Assembly (NCBI GenBank): GCA_043775215.1
Contig: JAYVSP010000179.1
Location: 1 to 36,550, forward strand
Origin: Planctomyces sp.
Lineage (GTDB): Bacteria; Planctomycetota; Planctomycetia; Planctomycetales; Planctomycetaceae
Length of the DNA stretch: 36,550 nucleotides
Direction of reading: 5' to 3'
Translations under genes and position numbers: made by a program
Notes under the pieces: model-generated
The model's input: only the letters and a program-made list of their open reading frames with translations
What the model was told of the DNA's origin: nothing
Databases searched by the model: none
In this document: in pieces, positions 26,053 to 35,509 of the stretch
Numbering within the stretch: the stretch's first letter is position 1
How the letters are laid out: each line of letters starts with the position of its first letter

Positions 26053-26784
26053 CTAACTGCCTCCTCCGCTGCTACTGGCGTCCGACGTACCAATGGTGTT
26101 CGTTCCAATCGGCGGCGTGATCCGCGGATTGACCATCGTCTCCCGCTCTTTGCGACGCAGTTGATCAATCTCTTCGGCCGGACGTCCCAGCGGACTGGTG
26201 ACGCGGACCATGACCGGTGGCGCTTGCTCTTCGCCGACCATTACGACCGCTTCGTTCTTCGCACCCGCGGCGCGAATCTCACTCATCGCCTGGTCGCTGC
26301 CCGCTTGCACGAACACATACCGATGCCGCGCCGGAGCATTCTCCAAAATCCATCGCAACTGCATCCGGCCAGAGGCGTTCAACTGATGTGTGTCAGCATC
26401 AAAGTGATAGTCGTACAGAGTCGTCATGGTCACCCAGCCGTTGCTGTTCTGTGCTCCCGAAAACGAGCGCACGAACTCGCGGTCCTGGCAGACATAGGGG
26501 TATGGCCAATAATGAGCCGCGTGATACAAATGGCTGGGCAGATTCGCTGGCCCCGTCGGACGCGGATATGGAGGCCACTGCTTCCCTTTCTTGCAGACCT
26601 GTCGAGCACCGATCGGATCGCAGGCTCGTTCGGCATACATCGCCTCATGCTCCGCACGGTGTTCCGTCATCTTCGGCGGAGCATTCCGCGTCCAAGGCCA
26701 CGGAATGATTCCGGCCTGAGCCACTGCGGGAACCAACGTCCCTAAAGCCATCAGCCCACCAAGCCACCACGCGCGAATCAGCAT
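26053..26784 (-). CDS. secreted hypothetical protein
   Basis: Signal peptide MLIRAWWLGGLMALGTLVPAVAQAG. Protein-like composition. Co-oriented with the AAA+ ATPase and TPR lipoprotein genes. Confidence 0.7.
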   Translation of the reverse strand: MLIRAWWLGGLMALGTLVPAVAQAGIIPWPWTRNAPPKMTEHRAEHEAMYAERACDPIGARQVCKKGKQWPPYPRPTGPANLPSHLYHAAHYWPYPYVCQDREFVRSFSGAQNSNGWVTMTTLYDYHFDADTHQLNASGRMQLRWILENAPARHRYVFVQAGSDQAMSEIRAAGAKNEAVVMVGEEQAPPVMVRVTSPLGRPAEEIDQLRRKERETMVNPRITPPIGTNTIGTSDASSSGGGS

Positions 26785-26889
26785 GACATGCCCTCCCCGA
26801 AGACCGAATCGTCCGTTCTGGTTATCGGCTTTCGACCGAACCGGTCATAACGAGAAAAACGATCGCAGCGGACAGGAGGCCGGGGACAA

Positions 26890-27155
26890 GAATTGGTCGT
26901 TGGTCATTTGGTCGTTAGGTCATTGATCGTTTGGTCGTTTATGTCCGGTCCCCTCTCCCCGGTACTCCGGGGAGAGGGTTAGGGAGAGGGGCGGCTGAAA
27001 CAGGCTCGACAATTTGATGTTCATTGATCTCTCTCGCATTCGGCCGAATTTGGGAGCTGGTAGGCTCCAACACCCCCTCATCCCCGGAGTACCGGGGCGA
27101 GTGGACCGGACAGTTGATAACCAATGAACAACGATCAGTAACCAATGACCAATTC
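26890..27155. repeat. large imperfect inverted repeat (~85-nt arms, ~95-nt centre) in a divergent intergenic region
   Basis: Left arm gaattggtcgttggtcatttggtc...ccccggtactccggggagaggg. Right arm ccctcatccccggagtaccgggg...accaatgaccaattc. Each arm contains its own ccccgg-NNNN-ccgggg hairpin and ttggtc/gaccaa sub-repeats. Confidence 0.7.
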
Positions 27156-27235
27156 CCCGCCCTCTGGCACATTCCGCCGGTGTTCGCCAAGATGTTGACG
27201 TCCAACTTCGAATCGCTTGATGAGGCTTCCGTCAC

Positions 27236-27487
27236 ATGCCACAACGCTTGTTGCTCGCAACTTGGCTTTGGGTCGCGATGTTCGTTTCGTCGGAGTGGTT
27301 GCCCAGCTTCGACAGCCCGGCATTGGCTCAAGCTCCCGCTCCGGCTGGCGGGGCGGCACCCGCACCCGCACCGGGCGGAGGCGTGTCGAGCGTCAGTACG
27401 CAGAGCTATCTGCTGGAGTACGGCTTGGTGATCGTGATGTTCGGTGCGGCGTTGTACTCGGTCTGCCGTACCAGCCGCCGGAATTGA
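27236..27487 (+). CDS. small secreted/membrane-anchored protein (83 aa)
   Basis: Signal peptide ..SPALAQA, Ala/Pro/Gly linker, C-terminal TM LLEYGLVIVMFGAALYSV followed by basic RTSRRN. Overlapping frame 27217.. was rejected as a false N-terminal extension of the synthase. Confidence 0.5.
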   Translation: MPQRLLLATWLWVAMFVSSEWLPSFDSPALAQAPAPAGGAAPAPAPGGGVSSVSTQSYLLEYGLVIVMFGAALYSVCRTSRRN

Positions 27488-27504
27488 GTGGCTTTCGTCG
27501 GACT

Positions 27505-28833
27505 ATGAACTCCTCCGCAACAGGCTCGCCCGAATCCTCGCCGCATCGGCGGGTCGTCGTGACTGGCATCGGCCTGATCACCCCGTTGGGCATCGGGCGA
27601 GAAGCCTCTTGGACTGCGATACGCGAAGGCCGTCGCGCGATTCGTTGGCTCACGTCCGATGACCTGAATGAACCGATTCCGCCAGGCACTTGCTGGGCCG
27701 GAGCGCCGTGCCTGACCCCAGATGCGGGTGAACCTGTCGTCGCTCTGGCGTGTTCCGCCGCGGAAGAAGCCGTGCGTGACTCCGGCCTGACGTCATTGGC
27801 CAACATCGCCGATCGTTGCGGTTGTGTGATCGGCACGAGCAAAGTAGGTCTGCGAAGTTTCGCCCGAGCGTTGCGGACGTGGGGTCAGGCACCGCAGAAT
27901 TCAGAATTGGCGGATCGCGAATTTGTCGAGCAAGATCGCTTTCCTCCGCCAATTCTGAATTCTGCGGTGCCTGACCCCCGATCGCGTTGGAGTCCCTGGC
28001 AGCAACTTTGGCCGGATGCCGCCGTGAGCACGGTGGCCGCTGCATTCGGGCTGCAAGGTCCGACGTTGTGCCCGGTAGCGGCGTGTGCGACGGGGTTGGT
28101 CAGCATCATTCGCGGAGCTGATTTGATTCGCACGGGTGAGTGCGACTTGGTGTTGGCGGGAAGTGCCGATGCATCGCTGGTGCCGATTGTGCTCGGTTCG
28201 TATCAACGACTCGGAGTGCTGGCTCGCGGATTTACCGATCCGGCCACGGCCTGCCGGCCATTTGATGTTCACCGATCGGGATTCGCGATCGGCGAAGGGG
28301 CTGCCGTTCTGGTCTTGGAAGAGTTTCACAATGCTCGCACGCGAGGAGCCTCGATCTACGCCGAGTTCGTCGCCGGCGGAACGGCCAATGACCCCAGTGG
28401 CCTCACGCAAGTTGAGGCAGACGGTACTTGCCTGGCACGGCTGATGTGCGATGTTCTGCGCCGAGCGTCGGTCTCGGCGAGCGAACTCGACTACATTAAC
28501 TTGCATGGCACGGCAACGCGTCCGAACGACATCGCCGAAACGAATGCTGTTCGTGCTGCTTGCGGAACACATGCCGATCGAGTGCCCTGCTCCAGCCAGA
28601 AGGGAGCGATCGGACATTTGCTGGGCGCTGCGGGAAGTGTCGAAACGGCGATCGCGCTGTTGGCGCTGCGCGATCAAGTGGCGCCACCGACGATGAACCT
28701 GGAGACGGCCGATCGGCAATGCGACCTGGATTACGTCGCCGGTGCCCCTCGGCCCATGCAAATGCGTCAAGTGATGAAATTGTCGCTCGGCTTCGGCGGC
28801 CACTTGGCAGCCGGACTGTTCCGGCGCCTATAG
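27505..28833 (+). CDS. beta-ketoacyl-ACP synthase II-like (FabF family) condensing enzyme
   Basis: RVVVTGIGLITPLGIG. Active-site Cys in VAACATGLVS. His in INLHGTATRPND. Second His in KGAIGHLLGAAGSVE. C-terminal SLGFGGH. Start at ATG 27505. Confidence 0.9.
   Translation: MNSSATGSPESSPHRRVVVTGIGLITPLGIGREASWTAIREGRRAIRWLTSDDLNEPIPPGTCWAGAPCLTPDAGEPVVALACSAAEEAVRDSGLTSLANIADRCGCVIGTSKVGLRSFARALRTWGQAPQNSELADREFVEQDRFPPPILNSAVPDPRSRWSPWQQLWPDAAVSTVAAAFGLQGPTLCPVAACATGLVSIIRGADLIRTGECDLVLAGSADASLVPIVLGSYQRLGVLARGFTDPATACRPFDVHRSGFAIGEGAAVLVLEEFHNARTRGASIYAEFVAGGTANDPSGLTQVEADGTCLARLMCDVLRRASVSASELDYINLHGTATRPNDIAETNAVRAACGTHADRVPCSSQKGAIGHLLGAAGSVETAIALLALRDQVAPPTMNLETADRQCDLDYVAGAPRPMQMRQVMKLSLGFGGHLAAGLFRRL
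27881..27978. repeat. 98-nt palindromic element (perfect 33-bp inverted repeat, 32-nt loop) inside the ketoacyl synthase CDS
   Basis: 27881-27913 ggggtcaggcaccgcagaattcagaattggcgg is the exact reverse complement of 27946-27978 ccgccaattctgaattctgcggtgcctgacccc. The reading frame continues through it. Confidence 0.95.
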
Positions 28834-29036
28834 AATTCCCCACCGACCCCGTGTCGGTGGTGAAATGCCTTGTTGCTACCCTTGATGGCCGGCGCCACTC
28901 GGAAAGGGAACATCGCGACCCCAGTGTCGCCCGTGTCGGTGGTGAAATGCCTTGTTGCTACCTTGATAGTTCGAGAGATCGGCGATTGGTAGCCATCAGG
29001 CATTTAACCACCGATGCGGGGTCGGTGGGGGAATTC
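28833..29036. repeat. composite ~200-nt repeat element: ~48-nt terminal inverted repeats plus an internal direct copy
   Basis: gaattccccaccgaccccgtgtcggtggtgaaatgccttgttgctacc (28833-28880). Direct copy of the 37-nt core at 28931-28967. Inverted copy ggtagccatcaggcatttaaccaccgatgcggggtcggtgggggaattc (28988-29036). Confidence 0.8.
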
Positions 29037-29241
29037 TCACGCAGCCTACGGCAGGCACCGGCTCCATTCTCTGCCAAGTTGACAGGGCCAGCGGCTATGC
29101 CGCGAACTGACTCAAGCGGCAAAACCTCGCAGCCAATCGGGTCTTATGGCGAACAGTTTGGGCGGCACAGGGATTGCTTTGCCCGCCGACCACTTGTCTG
29201 GAGATTGTCTGCCCGACTCTTTTTTGATCGAGGGAGAAGCT

Positions 29242-30924
29242 GTGGCAAAGATGTTGGTTTTTGATGATGAGGCTCGCAAGAGTCTGTTGGAAGGTGCATC
29301 GAAGTTGTCGCGGGCTGTTGCCAGCACGCTGGGGCCTCGCGGCCGCAACGCGGTGCTTGATAAGGGCTGGGGGGCTCCGAAGGTCACCAAGGACGGAGTC
29401 ACCGTCGCGGAGGACATCGAGCTGGAAAACCCGTTTGAAAATATGGGTGCCCAGTTGGTCAAAGAGGTCGCGTCGAAGACCAACGCCGTCGCCGGTGACG
29501 GCACGACGACCGCCACGGTGCTCGCTGAAGCGATCTATCGTGAAGGAATCAAGTTCATCGCGTCGGGTGCTGACCCGATGTCGCTGGGCCGAGGCGTCAC
29601 CGCCGCCGTGGATGCCGTGGTCGAACAATTGAAAAAGTTCGCCAAGCCGATCAACGAGAAGAGCAAAAAAGATCTCGAAACTGTGGCCGCGATTGCCGGC
29701 AACAACAACCTGGAAATCGGCCAGAAACTGGCGGAAGCCTTTCTGAAGGTCGGCAAAGACGGCGTGATCACAATCGAGGAAGGCCGACAGGTCGACACCG
29801 AGATTGATCTCGTCGAAGGGATGCAGTTCGAGCGAGGTTACCTCTCCCCGCACTTCGTCACCGACGAAGACGCTCAGGAAGTGGTTCTCGAAAACTGTCG
29901 CATTCTGATTTACGAAGAGAAGATCAGTTCGGCGCGCGATCTGGTGCCGCTGCTCGAAAAGACCTCGAAGGCCAATGTCCCGCTGCTCATCATTGCCGAA
30001 GATCTGGAGGGCGAGGCTCTGGCGACGTTGGTCGTCAATAAGCTGCGCGGCATCCTCAAGGTCGCGGCTGTGAAGGCTCCGGGCTACGGCGATCGCCGCA
30101 AGGCCATGCTGGAAGACCTTGCGGTTTTGACCGGTGGCAAGGCGATCTTCAAGGACTTGGGAACCAAGCTCGAAAACATCGAGTTGTCCGACCTCGGTGT
30201 GGCCAAGAAGATCATCATCGACGCCGAGAACACAACCGTCGTGCAAGGTGCGGGCAAGAAGGACGCCATCCACGGTCGTTGCGAACAAATTCGCGCAGAA
30301 GTCGAGAAGACCGAAAGCGAATACGACCGCGAGAAGCTCCAAGAGCGGCTCGCCAAGCTGGCGGGCGGTGTGGCTCAGATCAACGTCGGAGCCGCGACCG
30401 AGACCGCGATGAAAGAACGCAAGGATCTGTTCGTCGATGCTTTGTCGGCGACTCGCGCGGCCATCGAAGAGGGCATCGTTCCCGGCGGTGGCGTCGCGTT
30501 GCTGCGATGTGGTCCGGCGTTGGAGAAGCTCAAGCTGGACGGCGATGAGCAGTTCGGCGTGAGTCTCATCAAGAACGTGCTCGAAATGCCGCTGCGAATG
30601 ATCGCCGAAAACTCGGGCTTGGATGGAGCGGTTGTCGCTAATCGCGTTCGCAAGTCGAACGATCCGAACTACGGCTACGATGCCTTGAACGAACGCTACG
30701 GTGACATGTTCGACTTCGGTGTTGTCGACCCCGTCAAGGTGGTTCGCTGTGCGTTGCAGAACGCAGCCAGCGTGGCCAACCTGCTGCTGACCACCGACTG
30801 TGTCGTGGTTAATGAACCCAAGAAGGAAGATAAAGACGGCCACCACGACCATCACCACGACGACGGTGGCATGGGCGGAATGGGTGGCGGCATGGGTGGC
30901 ATGGGAATGCCCGGAATGATGTAG
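29242..30924 (+). CDS. groEL: chaperonin GroEL (copy 1) with His-rich/GGM C-terminal tail
   Basis: GTG 29242 preceded by gagggagaag gives [30 protein letters not shown] present. Tail [27 protein letters not shown]. Confidence 0.95.
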   Translation: MAKMLVFDDEARKSLLEGASKLSRAVASTLGPRGRNAVLDKGWGAPKVTKDGVTVAEDIELENPFENMGAQLVKEVASKTNAVAGDGTTTATVLAEAIYREGIKFIASGADPMSLGRGVTAAVDAVVEQLKKFAKPINEKSKKDLETVAAIAGNNNLEIGQKLAEAFLKVGKDGVITIEEGRQVDTEIDLVEGMQFERGYLSPHFVTDEDAQEVVLENCRILIYEEKISSARDLVPLLEKTSKANVPLLIIAEDLEGEALATLVVNKLRGILKVAAVKAPGYGDRRKAMLEDLAVLTGGKAIFKDLGTKLENIELSDLGVAKKIIIDAENTTVVQGAGKKDAIHGRCEQIRAEVEKTESEYDREKLQERLAKLAGGVAQINVGAATETAMKERKDLFVDALSATRAAIEEGIVPGGGVALLRCGPALEKLKLDGDEQFGVSLIKNVLEMPLRMIAENSGLDGAVVANRVRKSNDPNYGYDALNERYGDMFDFGVVDPVKVVRCALQNAASVANLLLTTDCVVVNEPKKEDKDGHHDHHHDDGGMGGMGGGMGGMGMPGMM

Positions 30925-30949
30925 TGCCGAAGCGGAAATCTTAATTTCC

Positions 30950-31005
30950 AAATCCCAAATCCCAAATCCCAAATCCCAAATCCCAAATCCCAAATCCCAA
31001 ATCCC
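30950..31005. repeat. heptanucleotide tandem repeat (AAATCCC) x8
   Basis: Eight exact units between groEL1 and groES. Followed by an AT-rich region with aaatttgaaatct x2 and the palindrome aaatct-g-agattt. Confidence 0.95.
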
Positions 31006-31070
31006 AAATTTGAAATCTGAGATTTGTAATCTGAAATTTGAAATCTCAAATCTGAATAGGAGTTCGCCTC

Positions 31071-31361
31071 ATGAAACTGAACCCACTGGATGATCGCGTG
31101 GTCGTCGAACCGTTGAACGCCGAGACAACAACTGCTGGCGGCATCGTGCTGCCTGACAGTGCGAAGGAAAAGCCGCAGCGTGGCCGCGTGATTGCGATGG
31201 GCCCTGGCCGGTTGCTGGAGAGCGGCGAGCGTTGCCCGATCGCGTTGGTGATCGGCGACGAAGTCCTCTTCGCCAAGTACGGCGGGACGGAAATCGAGAT
31301 CGACAAAAAGGAAATCAAGATCCTCCGCGAGAGCGATATTCTCGCGAAGGTCGTTTCGTAG
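31071..31361 (+). CDS. groES: co-chaperonin GroES
   Basis: MKLNPLDDRVVVEPLNAETTTAGGIVLPDSAKEKPQRGRVIAMGPG is canonical Cpn10. SD aggag lies 10 nt upstream. Confidence 0.95.
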   Translation: MKLNPLDDRVVVEPLNAETTTAGGIVLPDSAKEKPQRGRVIAMGPGRLLESGERCPIALVIGDEVLFAKYGGTEIEIDKKEIKILRESDILAKVVS

Positions 31362-31498
31362 TTCGGCATCGTCAAAAGATGGGATTTATGGGACTCATGT
31401 GACTCATAAATCCCATTCTTCGCATCAGTCCCATCAGCCTATTCAGAAACAATTCCAAAGCGGTGCTGACACACCGCACTCCAAAGGAGAGCATTCCC

Positions 31499-33115
<1,617 letters not shown>

Positions 33116-33157
33116 CCGTAGCGGCTCGCGTGCCGTTGAGCCAACTTGAAAAACACC

Positions 33158-33184
33158 GCGAGCCACCCGATGAGGGTGGCTCGC
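33158..33184 (+). terminator. groEL2 terminator hairpin
   Basis: gcgagccaccc-gatga-gggtggctcgc, 11-bp stem with a weak T-tract. A counterpart at 35423-35446 is followed by ttt. Confidence 0.6.
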
Positions 33185-33340
33185 CGCATTTAGATTGAAA
33201 AAGCCACTGATTGAAAGGCGGAATCGTTTTGAACAGAAATCGGGTATAGTATCCCGCGTTAAAGCGGGTCGGATCGCTCATCTTTCTCGATGCGGTCACC
33301 GCGTTGCAGGCCTGTCTTCCCACGAATGAAAAGTCATCCC

Positions 33341-34468
33341 ATGCTCACGCGATTTTACGTTGATAACTTCCGCGCCTTGGTAAACACCGACTTGAAGCTC
33401 GGACCACGAAGCCTGTTGATGGGATCGAATGGAACCGGCAAATCGACGTTCGGCGATGTGCTCGTTCGACTTCAATTGATGATGTTCGGTCAGGCCAAGA
33501 CGGATGATACATTCACGCCCGACACGCTCACGCGTTGGCAAAGCATCCCACAGCAACGGATCGAGATGGACGTCACGGGGCCGGAAGGTGCCTACCGCTA
33601 TGAGTTGGTCATTGACCACCACGAAGTTGGTTCTGCTAACGACCCACGAACTCGAATCCTGCGAGAGATTTTGACGCTGGACACTCAGCCGTTATTTCAT
33701 TTCGAAGATGGGCTAGTGCATCTTTTCCAGGATGATCACAGCCAAGGCCCGGTCTATCCTTTTGATTGCGGTCGTTCCGCTTTGGGAACCATCTCGCCGC
33801 GCCGCGATAATCAGAAGCTCACATGGTTCGTTCGTTGGTTTCAACGATTGACGGTCCTCAGACCGAACCCACCGCAGATGGTGGACCTCATCGAGCGGGA
33901 TGATTTTTTACTGTTCGCCGACGCCGCGAATTTCGGCGCTTGGTATCATCCTCTCAGTTCTGCCGACAAACGTCGTGACCGGGAGCTTCATGACGCCCTG
34001 ATTGACGTGCTGCCTGGGTTTGATGCGCTGAACTTTGAATACGCGGGTCCAAACCGCTGGCTGCTGCGCGCGGACTTTTCCCGCGCCGGCCAAAAATTGA
34101 TGCTCCGGTTCAGTGAATTGTCTGATGGTCAGCGTGCCCTGATCCTTCTGTACTGCGTGTTGTATTTCCAATTGCAAGACGGACGAACTGTTTTCTTGGA
34201 TGAGCCGGATAATTTTGTGTCGCTCGACGAAATTCAGCCGTGGCTGCTTTCGGCTGCGGATGTCGTAGACAGCGGGTCGGGTCAGTTGGTGCTGATCTCA
34301 CATCACCCTGAGATTTTCAATCAATGGGCGGTGAGTCATGGGTTGGTCGCGGAGCGCGATGGGTGCGGTCCGGTACGCATTCGAAAATTCAGCCCGACGC
34401 CGGGTGCTGTGTTGTCACCAGCCGAGACGGTCGCGAGGGGCTGGGCGAATGCCATCGCGGCCCCTTAG
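33341..34468 (+). CDS. ABC/SMC-like AAA_21-type ATPase
   Basis: N-terminus FYVDNFRAL. Walker A GSNGTGKST. ABC-signature-like LSDGQRAL. Walker B TVFLDEPDNF. H-loop LVLISHHPE. ATG 33326 and ORF start 33290 are alternative starts. Confidence 0.85.
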   Translation: MLTRFYVDNFRALVNTDLKLGPRSLLMGSNGTGKSTFGDVLVRLQLMMFGQAKTDDTFTPDTLTRWQSIPQQRIEMDVTGPEGAYRYELVIDHHEVGSANDPRTRILREILTLDTQPLFHFEDGLVHLFQDDHSQGPVYPFDCGRSALGTISPRRDNQKLTWFVRWFQRLTVLRPNPPQMVDLIERDDFLLFADAANFGAWYHPLSSADKRRDRELHDALIDVLPGFDALNFEYAGPNRWLLRADFSRAGQKLMLRFSELSDGQRALILLYCVLYFQLQDGRTVFLDEPDNFVSLDEIQPWLLSAADVVDSGSGQLVLISHHPEIFNQWAVSHGLVAERDGCGPVRIRKFSPTPGAVLSPAETVARGWANAIAAP

Positions 34469-34480
34469 GATCGCACATCA

Positions 34481-35032
34481 ATGAGCAATCGTTTTGCCGA
34501 AGTTGTCATCGTTGCCGAAGATGAGCGATCAGCCAACTTGTTGCGCCGGTACGTGCAGCGTGCCCTGCATCTCGGTAACCGGCGTATCCGACAGGAAATT
34601 TCGCCTTCGGCAAAAGGCGATGCCAAGCAATGGGTGATCCGCCAATACGCAGTTGAAGTGAAAGAGTTGCGAACGGTGCATCGCAAAACCGGATTGGTGG
34701 TTCACCTCGATGCTGACACCGACGAAGTTGCCGACCGTGCCAGACAATTGGCGACCGCTCTGAAAAATGATGACCAGGACGAGCGCGATGCCAATGAACG
34801 GATCAGCCATGCCATTCCCAGACGACAGACTGAAACGTGGCTGTGTGTGCTGGTGGGCGAAGATGTCGATGAGGAACAGGACTGCAAACGCGACCGCCGA
34901 CTGCCTGATTTCGATCGCGCCGTACCGCAAGCAGCACTCGCTTTGTATGAAGCGACACGGCCAAACGCACCGATACCAACTCTGCCTTCGCTCGCGACAG
35001 CAGTGCCTGAGCTACGACGTCTGGAGAGCTGA
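34481..35032 (+). CDS. small Toprim-like protein (RloB/DUF4435/OLD-nuclease-like partner of the ATPase)
   Basis: Acidic motifs in the Toprim order: VVIVAEDERSANLL, then LVVHLDADTDE (DxD), then RRQTETWLCVL (E-x-W). 12 nt after the ATPase stop. Assignment made by motif pattern only. Confidence 0.6.
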   Translation: MSNRFAEVVIVAEDERSANLLRRYVQRALHLGNRRIRQEISPSAKGDAKQWVIRQYAVEVKELRTVHRKTGLVVHLDADTDEVADRARQLATALKNDDQDERDANERISHAIPRRQTETWLCVLVGEDVDEEQDCKRDRRLPDFDRAVPQAALALYEATRPNAPIPTLPSLATAVPELRRLES

Positions 35033-35033
35033 A

Positions 35034-35285
35034 ATGTGGAGCGTCGCCGCAGCATCCGACTTCGACACTCAACTTGTTCGAGGCATTCAAACGGCCTTGC
35101 GCAAAGCTCGCGGCTTGGGCTATCACGTCGAGACGATGGACGTCACGGCCTCCGTGTCTGAGGGAGTCTGCAACATTCACTTCTCCGCGATTCCCGCTCC
35201 CGGCACGATTCAGACCGGCAGCGATCTGACAGTTGCCGTCAACTCGGACACTGACGAAGTCATCGGATTCGAGCGAGGCCAATAA
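35034..35285 (+). CDS. hypothetical 83-aa protein, third gene of the cassette
   Basis: ATG 35034 lies 1 nt after the stop of the upstream gene. Protein-like composition. The upstream part of ORF 34767.. overlaps the Toprim-like gene and was discarded. Confidence 0.45.
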   Translation: MWSVAAASDFDTQLVRGIQTALRKARGLGYHVETMDVTASVSEGVCNIHFSAIPAPGTIQTGSDLTVAVNSDTDEVIGFERGQ

Positions 35286-35327
35286 GTTGGTGAGGGGATT
35301 CAGTCATGTTCATTTTCGATCCGCAAC

Positions 35328-35384
35328 CGTGCCGACGACCTCGAAGGCGGCAAGAAAGCCAAGATCGAAGGAGCGGTGCGGTAA
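35328..35384 (+). pseudogene. relic of a groEL 3' end (last ~18 codons + stop)
   Basis: Reads [18 protein letters not shown]-stop in frame, against [18 protein letters not shown]-stop at the real groEL2 end. No start codon. An in-frame stop lies at 35283. Confidence 0.7.
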
Positions 35385-35509
35385 CGCGGCTCGCGTGCCG
35401 TCGAGCAAAGTTTGAAACGCAGCGAGCCACCTGAGAAGGTGGCTCGTTTCGTATCGGAGTAAGCGCCATCAGACAGCCGGTGTCCGCATTGGACAAGAGG
35501 TACGATCAA

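Noticed and set aside
27217-27504. 96-codon N-terminal extension of the ketoacyl synthase ORF
   Set aside because: The extension is Arg/Gly-rich with no KAS homology. It overlaps a better small ORF with a signal peptide in another frame (27236..27487). KAS enzymes start close to the VVVTGxG motif, which follows ATG 27505.
28849-28967. Possible mini-CRISPR: two ~37-nt direct repeats separated by a ~45-nt spacer
   Set aside because: There are only two direct copies. A third copy is inverted, so the whole forms one large palindromic element. The repeats are GTAG/REP-like and no cas genes or leader are present in the window.
28990-29241. CIRCE/HrcA operator or sigma-32-type promoter upstream of groEL1 (also checked upstream of groES and groEL2)
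   Set aside because: No TTAGCACTC-N9-GAGTGCTAA-like inverted repeat was found. A TTGACA at ~29077 has no acceptable -10 box at proper spacing, so no promoter is claimed.
29095-30993. 632-aa ORF on the minus strand opposite groEL1. A similar 575-aa ORF lies at 31439..33166 opposite groEL2.
   Set aside because: These are shadow ORFs of highly expressed GC-rich genes. Their composition is low-complexity and biased towards Asp/Leu/Val/Gly/Arg, with no motifs. The plus-strand frames are unmistakable GroEL.
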